Assembly (NCBI GenBank): GCA_046727175.1
Contig: JBKPCD010000144.1
Span: 8,384-72,383, forward strand
Length of the DNA: 64,000 nucleotides
Reading direction: 5' to 3'
DNA from: Acidobacteriota bacterium
Lineage (GTDB): Bacteria > Acidobacteriota > Vicinamibacteria > Vicinamibacterales > 2-12-FULL-66-21
Made by a program: the position numbers and the translations under genes. This document shows positions 16,779 through 25,967 of the stretch, piece after piece. Below the pieces are notes generated by a model. The model made no database searches. It was given only the letters and a program-made list of their open reading frames with translations, and had not been told where the DNA came from. Numbering within the stretch: position 1 is the first letter of the stretch; each line of letters starts with the position of its first letter.

Positions 16779-19223
16779 TCACTCGATCCGCAATCCCACG
16801 ACAGGGTCGACGCGCATCGCGCGCAACGCGGGAGGAACGCATGCGACGACGGCAGCAAGCAGCAGCACGGCGCTCGCGGCCGCCATCGAACCAGGATCGC
16901 TCGGCTTGATTTCGAACAGGACTCGAGAGAGCGCCGTCGCGGCGAACCGGACGATCACCAACCCGCTGAGCAACCCCGCCGTAATCAGGATCGCGCTGTG
17001 CCGCATGACGAGCGCGCCGACGATTCGCGGGCGCGCGCCGAGCGTGATCCGGATCGCCAGCTCGCGCGTGCGGAGCGCAACCGACCAGGAGAACAGGCCG
17101 TACACGCCAATCGCTGCGAGTACTGCCGCAAGCGCGCCGAAGAAGACGAGCACCGTCATCAGGAGCCGGGGTTCGGCTGTCTTTGCCGCGAAGATGTCTC
17201 CCCAGGTTCGCGCCGAGCTGAACGGCACGCTGGGTGCGACACTCTTGAGAGCCGAGCGTACCGCCGCCACGGCCGCGTTCCGATCGGACGCGCGGACGGC
17301 AACCAGCAGCTCGCGGAACGGAAACTGGCGCGCCGTGAAGTAGATCGCGGGCTCGATGTTTTGACCGAGCGGCGCGTTGCGGACGTCACGCACGATGCCG
17401 ATCACCTGGAAGCGCATGCCCTGAGACGCCGGCGGATTCGTGCGCTTCAGATTCAATGCAAGCGGACCGATGCCGGACACGCGGGTCAGCAAATAGCTCC
17501 CGAGACTCGATCGTCCCGTCAGAAACCGATTGGCAAATGTCTCGTTCACGATGACGACGCCGTCAGTGTCGGCGGTGTCGAACGAGCTGAACGCACGCCC
17601 CAGCGCCATCGTCGCACCGAGCGCATCGAAATACCCGTCCGTCACGCTTTGAATCTGCGCCTGCGGCGCGTCTTCGGGCCTCGCTGGCGGCGGCTGCCCT
17701 TCGATTCCGAATGGCACGCGCCAGCCGACCTCGAGCGGCGGGAAGTTGCCGCTGCCGGCCGCTTTCACACCCGGCTGCTGCCGGATCTGCTCGACGAGCC
17801 TTGCATGCGTGTCGGCAACGACCCGCCAGTTCCTGAACGCTTCGCCATCGAGCTGTACCTTCGTCGTCAGCACATCGTCCGCCTTCACGCCTATCGGCGT
17901 GTTCATCATCCGGGCGACGGTGCGCACGAGCAACGCCGAGCAGACGAGAAGCGCACATGCCAGGGCGACCTCACCGGCAACCAACACCGAGTAGATGCGT
18001 CGGGCGCCGCGAGAGCTGGTCCGGTCACCAGCGCGCAGCTCCGTCGTCAGATGACCACGGATCAGCAGCAACGCCGGGACCAGACCGAAGAACGTCGTCG
18101 TCCCTGCAACGACGCCGAGACCGAGGCCCAGCGCACGCACGTTGATGCTGGCTTCGTCGAGTCGGGGAATCTGGACCGGTGTGAGCTTGACGATCAGCGG
18201 CAGCGCGATCGCGGCCGTCGCGATGCCAACCGCGGCCCCCGCAATGGAAAGGACGAGACTTTCTGCGAAGAGCTGTCGGACGAGTTGTCGCGGCGATGCG
18301 CCGAGCGCAACACGCACTGCGATTTCGCGCTCGCGTGAGAGCGCTCGCGTCAGGAGCAACGAAGCCACGTTCAGACATCCAATCACGAGCAGCAGCCCGA
18401 CGGCCCCGAACAGCACCATCAAGGCCGGGCGGTAGTACCCGAGCTGCTGGTCGAGCAGCGGGATGAGCCGGACGTTCCAGCCCTTGTTCGTCGCCGTGAA
18501 GTCGGCCTGCAGCCGCATCGCGAGGGCGCTCGCTGCCGACGACGCCTGTTCGAGGGTAACGCCATCCGACAGGCGCATCACGGATTCCATGAAGTGAGCG
18601 GCGCGGCTGTGTTGCGTGAGATCCCACTTGAGCCTCTGCCACACATCGATGTCATCGGGGTAATGGAACTTCGGCGGCATGACGCCGACGATCGTGTACG
18701 GCGCGCCGCCCAGATTCAGCTGACGGCCGACGAGCGAGGGATCCGCGTTGTAGCGCGTTCGCCAGAGACGATCGCTGATGACCGCGACGAGCTCGTTGCG
18801 TGCGAAGAACGGCCCGCCAACCGGAAATCCAGGACCAATCTGCGGCCGCACACCGAGGACCTCGAAGATGTTCGCGCTGACCTCAATCGTATTCACGCGC
18901 ACCGGATCCTGACCGGGCTCGACGAGGTTGACCGCCGGACGCCACCACGCCGCGGCATCTGCGAACGTCGGCAACAGCCGATAGTCCATGAAGTTGACCG
19001 GCGATATCGGTTCGTGCGCCAGACCACGCTCGTGGTTCGTGTCCCACATCGTCAGCAGGCGATCGGATTGCGCGTACGGCAGTGGCCTCAACACGACCGA
19101 GTCGACTACCGTGAACACCGTGGTCGCCGCCCCGGTCCCTAGGCCGAGGACAAGGACCGTGACAATCGCGAAGCCCGGATGTTGACGAAACTGTCGGACG
19201 GCGAGGCGGATGGCATTCAGCAC
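16779..19223 (-). CDS. ADOP-family duplicated orphan permease (MacB-like)
   Basis: 814 aa with a GTG start. N-terminus LAVRQFRQHPGFAIVTVLVLGLG. Two FtsX halves. Confidence 0.85.
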   Translation of the reverse strand: MLNAIRLAVRQFRQHPGFAIVTVLVLGLGTGAATTVFTVVDSVVLRPLPYAQSDRLLTMWDTNHERGLAHEPISPVNFMDYRLLPTFADAAAWWRPAVNLVEPGQDPVRVNTIEVSANIFEVLGVRPQIGPGFPVGGPFFARNELVAVISDRLWRTRYNADPSLVGRQLNLGGAPYTIVGVMPPKFHYPDDIDVWQRLKWDLTQHSRAAHFMESVMRLSDGVTLEQASSAASALAMRLQADFTATNKGWNVRLIPLLDQQLGYYRPALMVLFGAVGLLLVIGCLNVASLLLTRALSREREIAVRVALGASPRQLVRQLFAESLVLSIAGAAVGIATAAIALPLIVKLTPVQIPRLDEASINVRALGLGLGVVAGTTTFFGLVPALLLIRGHLTTELRAGDRTSSRGARRIYSVLVAGEVALACALLVCSALLVRTVARMMNTPIGVKADDVLTTKVQLDGEAFRNWRVVADTHARLVEQIRQQPGVKAAGSGNFPPLEVGWRVPFGIEGQPPPARPEDAPQAQIQSVTDGYFDALGATMALGRAFSSFDTADTDGVVIVNETFANRFLTGRSSLGSYLLTRVSGIGPLALNLKRTNPPASQGMRFQVIGIVRDVRNAPLGQNIEPAIYFTARQFPFRELLVAVRASDRNAAVAAVRSALKSVAPSVPFSSARTWGDIFAAKTAEPRLLMTVLVFFGALAAVLAAIGVYGLFSWSVALRTRELAIRITLGARPRIVGALVMRHSAILITAGLLSGLVIVRFAATALSRVLFEIKPSDPGSMAAASAVLLLAAVVACVPPALRAMRVDPVVGLRIE

Positions 19224-19307
19224 GTGACAACTCCTTCGTCTGGTCGCGGAGGTGTGGCCGACTGTTAGACGGGTGAAGGGGCGGGGACGTTGGATCCCCG
19301 GGACGCC

Positions 19308-20396
19308 CTACTTGAATCTCTTCACGAGATCGGCCTCGAGATCCGCGAGCGCGACGCCCACGAGCTGCAGGCTGTCGTCGAGCGTCTGCCCGCGATCGAG
19401 ACCCTGGAGGACCATGCCCATGCGGTTCCCGACACGCCGCATCAGGCTGTCGGCAATCACGAGGCTTTCCATGTAGGCGACAGCGGCCTGCTGCGAGTTG
19501 AGGCGGGTGAAACCCTCCATCAGGGCCGCGAGCGGGATCACGCCGGTCGTACGGAGGACGCGCACCGCGTCGGCGGCGTCCTCCGGTTCGAAGAACGACG
19601 CGAGCCCTTCGTGCAGCCACCCCGGGACCCCGCGCGGCGCGAGACCGTAGATCATCGCGTGAGTGAGCTCGTGCGCCAGCACCCGCTCGAACTGCTTCGG
19701 ATTCTGCAGTGCGCCCTTCACCGGCACGCGAATCCTGCCGTCGAAGAGCCCGCTGGACCATTCGGGCGCGCCGGTCAAATCGCGAAACTGCTGCTCGGTG
19801 TACAGCGTCACCGATATCGAATTCGAGGGAAAGGCGCCAATTGCTTTCCCGATCCGCCAGTACGCGGCATCGAGCGTCGTGATCGCGCGCTCGGCGAGCG
19901 CGCGATCCGTTCTGCCTTCGAACACGACCGAGAAGCGGCCGTCGTTCCTCTGGGTCAGATTCCGGTGGAGGGTGGACTCCTTCCGCCAGGCATCGAGCCG
20001 CTCCCGGATCTCGAGATCGCCGGGCGCCTGCCCCAGCGCCTGCTCGTACGCGCGAATCGCCTCCTCGACGTTCCCGTCGCGATACTCGATTTCACCAAGC
20101 AGGCGTGCGGCATCCTTGAGACGCGGCTCGAGCTCCAGGGCCCGTTTGAGCGACTGCCTGGCGTCGCGATCGCGGCCGAGCATGTGTGACGCGATTGCCG
20201 CGCCGAAGTGAAGCACCGCGTCCGAAGGCCTTCGCTCGAGCGCCTGACGAAAGATCGCTGCCGCCCGTTCACCGTCTCCCGCCTGAATCGCCTGCCACCC
20301 TTCCTCCCAGGACTGCCTGGCCGACTCGGATTGCGCAGCAAGCGACGATTCGGCCAGGGACACGAACAGCAGGAGCGCGGCGAGAAATCTGATCAT
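19308..20396 (-). CDS. Secreted TPR-repeat protein with a HExxH metallopeptidase-like (peptidase MA-type) C-domain
   Basis: Signal peptide MIRFLAALLLFVSLAES. TPR-like helices in the first ~150 aa. HExxH at LAHELTHAMIYG. Confidence 0.6.
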   Translation of the reverse strand: MIRFLAALLLFVSLAESSLAAQSESARQSWEEGWQAIQAGDGERAAAIFRQALERRPSDAVLHFGAAIASHMLGRDRDARQSLKRALELEPRLKDAARLLGEIEYRDGNVEEAIRAYEQALGQAPGDLEIRERLDAWRKESTLHRNLTQRNDGRFSVVFEGRTDRALAERAITTLDAAYWRIGKAIGAFPSNSISVTLYTEQQFRDLTGAPEWSSGLFDGRIRVPVKGALQNPKQFERVLAHELTHAMIYGLAPRGVPGWLHEGLASFFEPEDAADAVRVLRTTGVIPLAALMEGFTRLNSQQAAVAYMESLVIADSLMRRVGNRMGMVLQGLDRGQTLDDSLQLVGVALADLEADLVKRFK

Positions 20397-20541
20397 TGAT
20401 GAGCGGATACGAAATTATCGCGATTTCCGGCAACTTGTCACGAGGAATCAGGCGTGGACGTGAAATCGAAGCTCGGGGTTCGCGAGTCGGGTTCTGGGTT
20501 CGCCGAGAGGAGTGAAATCCGGCCCGCCGGTCAGCGCCTGA

Positions 20542-20700
20542 AAGCCATGCAGCTGGCTCGTCGAATCGCGACGTTCAGGCACTACACCACGCTTGACGCT
20601 TACCGCACCGGAGTATTCGAGACCTCTTGAAACGAAGGATGGCGAGTATTGGATCGCGACCGGTGCCGGCCTGGTGCGCTGGAATCTGAACGGGCGCTAG
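20542..20700 (+). pseudogene. Possible relic of a sensor gene (single Reg_prop-like repeat)
   Basis: A start-less open frame ends in LETKDGEYWIATGAGLVRWNLNGR-stop. This resembles one two-component-regulator propeller repeat. It lies in a 300-bp spacer and its stop overlaps the sialidase stop. Confidence 0.2.
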
Positions 20701-21779
20701 CCGCGCGTGGGCCACTTCCCGTCCGGCATCGGAACCGGCTCGAACCGATTCGGATCGATCACGACGTGCTTGATCCGTTCGCGCTTCCACGTGTAGGTGA
20801 CGTGCAAGAGCCCATCGTGCGTCTGGATGATCGCCGGGTAGGAATACTCGCCGGGGTCGCTTTCGAGCACGAGCGCCGCCTCCCAGAGCTTTCCATCGCG
20901 CGACAGCGACACGTTCAACGGGGTCCGTCCCTTCGTCGTGTGGTTGTAGACGATGACGTGTCGGCCGTCGCGAAGCGTCACGGCATCGATGCCGGAGTTG
21001 GGATTCGGCAACGTTGTCAACGTCAGCGGCGTCCAGCTCTTCCCGCCGTCGTCGGACCACGTCTCGAAAACCCGCTCGGATCGCGTGCGGCCGACAGCCT
21101 GCAGCTTTCCGCCGGGATGAATCAGGATGCTCGGCTGAATCGCGTCGATCTCCTGGCCGTCAGCGGGCTTGGGCGGCTCGACGCTTGACCACGTGCGCCC
21201 GCGATCGACGGACCGCTCGAAGTGCACCCGCCATCGGCTCGGGTTGTCAGATGATTCGGTGCTGCTTCCGCTGAGCAGCGATCCATCTGCCAGCCGTACG
21301 GGCTTGTTCTTGATTGGGCCGAGAACGCCATCGGGCAACTGCTGCGCGGCACTCCATGTCGCACCGTCGTCGCGTGACGTGCGCAGCATGCCCCACCACG
21401 CCCTGGGCGTCGGGCCAAGCTTATAGAAAAGGAGCAACGAGTCGTCCGCTTCCCGAAACAGGACCGGGTTCCAGCACGGATACTGGCCATCGTGGTGCAC
21501 GCCGGTTGCAACCTCGATCGGCGCGGTCCATGCGCCGTTCACCTGACGTGACAGCCAGATGCCGACGTCATTAGCGCCTTCGCGCGTGCCGCCAAACCAT
21601 GCCGCAACCAGGCCATGGTCGGTCTCTGCGATCGTCGAGGCGTGCACGCTCGGAAACGGGGCCGTCGTGAAAACGAACCCCGAAATCACGATCGGCGCCT
21701 GCGTCGTCTGATTCCGGACGGCTCCGACAGCAACGATCGCCGAAACGCCGAGCAGACAGCAGGTTTTGAGAGGTGCCAT
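20697..21779 (-). CDS. BNR-repeat exo-alpha-sialidase-like glycoside hydrolase
   Basis: Signal peptide. Three Asp-box motifs: SRDDGATWS, SVDRGRTWS, SDDGGKSWT. ATG at 21779, with an in-frame TTG at 21782 as an alternative start. Confidence 0.8.
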   Translation of the reverse strand: MAPLKTCCLLGVSAIVAVGAVRNQTTQAPIVISGFVFTTAPFPSVHASTIAETDHGLVAAWFGGTREGANDVGIWLSRQVNGAWTAPIEVATGVHHDGQYPCWNPVLFREADDSLLLFYKLGPTPRAWWGMLRTSRDDGATWSAAQQLPDGVLGPIKNKPVRLADGSLLSGSSTESSDNPSRWRVHFERSVDRGRTWSSVEPPKPADGQEIDAIQPSILIHPGGKLQAVGRTRSERVFETWSDDGGKSWTPLTLTTLPNPNSGIDAVTLRDGRHVIVYNHTTKGRTPLNVSLSRDGKLWEAALVLESDPGEYSYPAIIQTHDGLLHVTYTWKRERIKHVVIDPNRFEPVPMPDGKWPTRG

Positions 21780-21786
21780 CAAACAA

Positions 21787-21968
21787 GAAGTTAGAAGCCA
21801 GAAGTTAGAGCGAACCGTATCGCGATCGCACTAACAGGATGCTGAAAGACGCATCCTGAATGGCAGATGGCTAATGGAAAAAACCTGAGCATTTTGCCAT
21901 CTCCCATTTGCCATTTTCCATCAGGCCGGCGTTTTTCAGCGGCCTGCTAAGTTCTGGATTCTAGATTC
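21787..21968. repeat. Outer inverted repeat (GAAGTTA-type units) bracketing the modular element
   Basis: GAAGTTAGAAGCCAGAAGTTAG (21787-21808) vs CTAAGTTCTGGATTCTAGATTC (21947-21968); 18 of 22 positions are complementary. Confidence 0.8.
21835..21945. repeat. Three-hairpin modular intergenic element, copy 1 (ATGGAAA/TTGCCAT core)
   Basis: CAGGATGCTGAAAGACGCATCCTG + core AATGGCAGATGGCTAATGGAAAAAACCTGAGCATTTTGCCATCTCCCATTTGCCATTTTCCATC + AGGCCGGCGTTTTTCAGCGGCCT. Confidence 0.9.
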
Positions 21969-22945
21969 TATCGTGAGCGCTTCGTGCCGAATCGTGCGCG
22001 GTAAATGCTCGGCGGGACGCCAAACCGCCGCTCGAAGGCACGGCGAAACGCATCCGCGCTTCGGTAACCCACCGAATCTGCGACGGTCTCGACGGTGTGT
22101 TCGCGGCTCGCGAGCCGCCGACGCGCCTCATCGAGCCGCAGTCGCTCGACGAACTCCGCCGGCGTCGTGTCGAACACCTGCTTGAAGCGCCGGCTGAAGT
22201 GACGTGCGCAGAGACCGGCGCGCTCCGCCAGGCGCTCGATCGACATGTCGTGGTGAAGGTGGCCCGACATCCACGCGGCAAGGTCGGCAAATCGATCGGA
22301 CGACTCGGTCTGAAACTGCAACGGTTCCGAGTACTGTTCCTGACCGCCGGCGCGCTTGAGGTACACAATCAGGTAACGCGCGACCGCGAGCGCCATCCGG
22401 CGGCCGTGGTCCTCTTCGATGAGCGACAGGGACAGATCGATTCCGGCCGTGACGCCGCCGGACGTATAGAACGGGCCGTCCTTCAGAAAGAGCGCGTTCG
22501 GATCGACGCGCAGCCGCGGAAACCGACGCGCGACGTCTGGCGCGAACTGCCAGTGCGTGGTCACCGAACGGTCGTCGAGGAGACCCGTCCGCGCCAGGCC
22601 ATAGATGCCCGTGCACACGGAGACGATCCGTCGGATGTTCGGCGCGCGGCGTTTCAACCAGGACGAAACCGCTGCGTTCGTGCGCGGCGCGCGCAGGCCG
22701 CACCCTCCGGGAACAACGATCGTGTCCAGACGCGGCGCCGTTGCCAGCGTCGCGTCCGGATGGAGGCGCAGGCCCGACTCCGCGCGGAACGGCCGGTTCG
22801 TCACGCCCAGCACCACGAGCTCGTACCTCGGTCGGCCGTCGTCTTCCTGAACGACGTTCGCACCCGCAAACGCCTCCATCGGCCCGACAATGTCGAGCGC
22901 CGTCACGTTGTCGAAGCCGATGAACCCTATGCGTCTGGTCGTCAC
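21968..22945 (-). CDS. GlxA-family transcriptional regulator (DJ-1/PfpI domain + AraC HTH)
   Basis: N-terminal GATase1-like domain (IGFIGFDNVTALDIVGP, IVSVCTG). C-terminal AraC-type HTH (VADSVGYRSADAFRRAFERRFG). GTG start. Confidence 0.85.
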   Translation of the reverse strand: MTTRRIGFIGFDNVTALDIVGPMEAFAGANVVQEDDGRPRYELVVLGVTNRPFRAESGLRLHPDATLATAPRLDTIVVPGGCGLRAPRTNAAVSSWLKRRAPNIRRIVSVCTGIYGLARTGLLDDRSVTTHWQFAPDVARRFPRLRVDPNALFLKDGPFYTSGGVTAGIDLSLSLIEEDHGRRMALAVARYLIVYLKRAGGQEQYSEPLQFQTESSDRFADLAAWMSGHLHHDMSIERLAERAGLCARHFSRRFKQVFDTTPAEFVERLRLDEARRRLASREHTVETVADSVGYRSADAFRRAFERRFGVPPSIYRARFGTKRSR

Positions 22946-22989
22946 GTCGCCAATTAACGCCCACTCGGACGTTTCTTCACACCTCGAGA

Positions 22990-23058
22990 ACAGGAGATGA
23001 GAAGATCAGGAGTCATTTTTGTTTGGGAAAATGCACTCCTGGCCTCCTGATCTCCTGT
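22990..23058. repeat. CAGGAGAT-type hairpin in the divergent glxA-like/ADOP promoter region
   Basis: ACAGGAGATGAGAAGATCAGGAGT (22990-23013), 21-nt AT-rich loop, ACTCCTGGCCTCCTGATCTCCTGT (23035-23058). Confidence 0.85.
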
Positions 23059-23204
23059 AAGAATACCGTCGTTGAATGACGATGAACGCCTCCCGGACTT
23101 GATGTCCGGAATTGTCGGATTAAGGTCCTTGCGGACGTTGCCCGACAGAACGTAGTGTCGACTGGGATGGTGGCTCGCGGTCGGTCCCTCAGGAGGCAGC
23201 GAGG

Positions 23205-25646
23205 ATGGTGGAAGATCTGCTCAGAGATATCCGCTTCGGATTGCGAGCGCTCGCACGCAGTCCCGGGTTCTCCGCACTGGCCGTCGTCACGCTCGGCCTC
23301 GGCATTGGCGCGAACGCTGCGATCTTCAGCGTCATCAACGGCGTCCTGCTCAAGCCGCTCCCGTACGCGAGCGGCGATCGCCTGCTGCTGATCCGCCAGT
23401 CCGCCGCGCGCGCAGGGCGACCCAACGTCGGTGTCGCGATCAAAGAGCTGTACGACTACCGCGAACACACCCGATCGTTCGACGGCATCGTCGAATACCA
23501 CCAGATGAATTTCGACCTGTTGAAGCGCGGGGAGCCCGATCGCGTCAGTACCGGTGTCGTGTCGCACGATTTCTTCGACGTCCTCGGGATTGCGCCGATC
23601 CTTGGTCGCTCCTTCAGGTCGGCCGACGATGCGCCAGGCGCCGATGCCGTCCTGATCCTGAGCTACTCGTATTGGCAATCACGATTCGGCGGCGATCCCG
23701 CGATTGTCGGGCAGGTGTTCGAGATGAACGATCGGCCTCACACCGTCGTCGGCGTGCTGCCGAACGTTCCGCATTACCCGCAGGAAAACGACGTCTACAT
23801 GCCGGTCTCAGCATGCCCGTTTCGAGCGGCGGCGGAGCGCACGATCCCGCAGAACCGGCGGGCATTCTCGGCGCTGACGGTGTTCGGGCGTCTTGCGCCG
23901 GGCGTCTCGCACGAGCGCGCCGCGAGCGACGTGGCAGCGATCGGCGATCGCTTCACGCACGAAAACCCGGGCGTGTATCGGCCGGCTGGCGGATTCGCAG
24001 CATCGACGGTTCCAGTCCGCGACCAGCTGACCCGGAGCGCTCGACCGATGTTGCTGATCCTGATGGGGACGACGGCACTCGTACTCCTCATTGCCTGCGG
24101 CAACGTCGCAAATCTCACGCTCGCGCGGCTGCTGCGGCGCGATCGCGAGCTGGCCGTCCGCACGGCGCTCGGCGCGAGCCGCGGCCATCTCGTTCGGCAG
24201 TTGCTGACCGAGAGCACGCTGCTCGCGCTCGCAGGTGGCGGCCTCGGCGTACTGCTCGCCGCGTCCACCAGGACGATGCTGGCGAGCTTCGTCGGACGGT
24301 TCACGACACGCACCGGCGAGATCACAATTGATCCGTGGGTGCTGGCGTTCACGCTGCTGCTGTCGATGGTGACTGGCCTCGCTTTCGGCACCTTCCCGGC
24401 GCTGTCCGCGCGCGTGGACCTGTCGAGTGCGATGAAGCAAGGGGGCCGCGGCAGCAGCGCAGGCCGTGGTCGCGTGACGGCACAAAACCTGCTGATCGTG
24501 GCACAGGTCGCCGTGTCAGTCGTGTTGCTCGTCGGGGCCGGCCTTCTGCTCGTCAGCTTCTATCGCCTGCAAACGATCGATCCGGGTTATCGAGGGGATC
24601 GCGTGCTCGCGGCCGAAGCGTTTCCGAACTTCTCGAAGTACGCGACCGCCGAGAGCCAGATTCAATTCTACGAGACTGCGCTTGCGCGTTTGCAGTCCGA
24701 AGCCGGCATCCAGTCCGCGGCGGTCACGAATGCCGTGCCGCTCAGCGGCTCGCAGCCGGGGCCTACGCCGTTTCAGATCGAAGGACAGGTACCCGAGGAT
24801 CTCGAGAAGCGGCCAACGGCCGATGTCCGCGTCGTATCGCCATCGTACTTCGAGACGCTCGGAGTTCCGCTCTTCGCCGGCCGCGCATTCACGACTCAGG
24901 ATCGTCGCGAGGGCGCAGCGGTCGCGATCGTGAATCAGGCCATGATGCGGCATTTCGCGCCGCGCGATCCGATCGCGTCCCGGCTGTCGTTCGACGGTGG
25001 ACGGACGTGGATCACAGTGGTGGGCGTCGTCGGAAACGTCCGGCAGTTCGGTCTGGCCGAACCATCCATCGCGCAGATGTACATCCCGCTCGCGCAGTCG
25101 CAGGGGTTGGCGGGCCGGTTGCTGCTTCGCACCGCTGCCGCACCGGCCACTGCGGGAAGGATCGTAAGAGACGCCGTGCATGCCATCGACCCGAACATGC
25201 CGGTCGAGAACGTGCGAACACTCGACGATCTTCGCGACACGTATCTCGCAACACCGCGCTTGACGGCCACGCTGCTCTCGATCTTCGCGGCGCTGGCGCT
25301 CGTCGTGACCATGGCTGGCGTCACCGGCGTCATCGCGACGTCGGTTTCGCACCGGATGGCGGAGTTCGGTGTGCGGATGGCGCTCGGCGCGAGCCGCGAT
25401 CGATTGCTCGGGCAGGTCATCGTTCAAGGCCTCACGCTCGTCGTCAGCGGGCTGGCGATTGGGACATTGGCTTCCGTGCTGTTGACGCGCATCCTGTCGG
25501 CGTATCTGTTCGAGACGACCTCGCGGGATCCCGTGACCTTGGTCAGTGTAGCGGCGCTGTTTCTGATCGCCGGTGTTCTCGCGTGTGTGGGACCCGCATG
25601 GCGCGCGACCACGGCGAACCCGTTGGTGGCGCTGAGAACCGAGTAG
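23205..25646 (+). CDS. ADOP-family duplicated orphan permease (MacB-like)
   Basis: 813 aa. AGGAGG precedes the ATG. N-terminus MVEDLLRDIRFGLRALARSPGFSALAV. Two FtsX halves. Confidence 0.9.
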   Translation: MVEDLLRDIRFGLRALARSPGFSALAVVTLGLGIGANAAIFSVINGVLLKPLPYASGDRLLLIRQSAARAGRPNVGVAIKELYDYREHTRSFDGIVEYHQMNFDLLKRGEPDRVSTGVVSHDFFDVLGIAPILGRSFRSADDAPGADAVLILSYSYWQSRFGGDPAIVGQVFEMNDRPHTVVGVLPNVPHYPQENDVYMPVSACPFRAAAERTIPQNRRAFSALTVFGRLAPGVSHERAASDVAAIGDRFTHENPGVYRPAGGFAASTVPVRDQLTRSARPMLLILMGTTALVLLIACGNVANLTLARLLRRDRELAVRTALGASRGHLVRQLLTESTLLALAGGGLGVLLAASTRTMLASFVGRFTTRTGEITIDPWVLAFTLLLSMVTGLAFGTFPALSARVDLSSAMKQGGRGSSAGRGRVTAQNLLIVAQVAVSVVLLVGAGLLLVSFYRLQTIDPGYRGDRVLAAEAFPNFSKYATAESQIQFYETALARLQSEAGIQSAAVTNAVPLSGSQPGPTPFQIEGQVPEDLEKRPTADVRVVSPSYFETLGVPLFAGRAFTTQDRREGAAVAIVNQAMMRHFAPRDPIASRLSFDGGRTWITVVGVVGNVRQFGLAEPSIAQMYIPLAQSQGLAGRLLLRTAAAPATAGRIVRDAVHAIDPNMPVENVRTLDDLRDTYLATPRLTATLLSIFAALALVVTMAGVTGVIATSVSHRMAEFGVRMALGASRDRLLGQVIVQGLTLVVSGLAIGTLASVLLTRILSAYLFETTSRDPVTLVSVAALFLIAGVLACVGPAWRATTANPLVALRTE

Positions 25647-25967
25647 AGCTGAATCACTAATCCCTGATCGTGAATCCCTCATCCTCGAATCCTCGAATCC
25701 TCGAATCCTCGAATCCTCGAATCAGAATCCTCGAATCCTCGAATCCTCGAATCAGAATCCTCGAATCCTCGAATCCTCGAATCAGAATCCTCGAATCGCT
25801 GAATCCTCGAATCCTTGAATCATTCGATCAGGCAACTTGACCATTGAATCCTGGACTCGCGGCCGAGTCCCAACGTGCAATCGAGCGATTCGACGATTCA
25901 GCGATTCGAGGGATCCGAGGAATCCAACGATGAAAGATTCACGATTAGTGATCAGTGATCAGTGATT
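25647..25967. repeat. ~320-bp imperfect palindrome built from an 8-nt microsatellite (ATCCTCGA / TCGAGGAT)
   Basis: The left side 25681-25823 has about 13 perfect ATCCTCGA units plus degenerate copies, with a 30-nt higher-order period (three units + ATCAGA) x3. The right side 25879-25967 carries complementary GATTCGAG-type units. The outermost GAATCACTAATCCCTGATCGTGAATC pairs with GATTCACGATTAGTGATCAGTGATCAGTGATTC. Confidence 0.9.

Noticed and set aside
25681-25823. The ATCCTCGA array as a CRISPR or as a coding repeat.
   Set aside because: The 8-nt unit has no spacers. It sits between two stop codons, and no frame is free of low-complexity artefacts.
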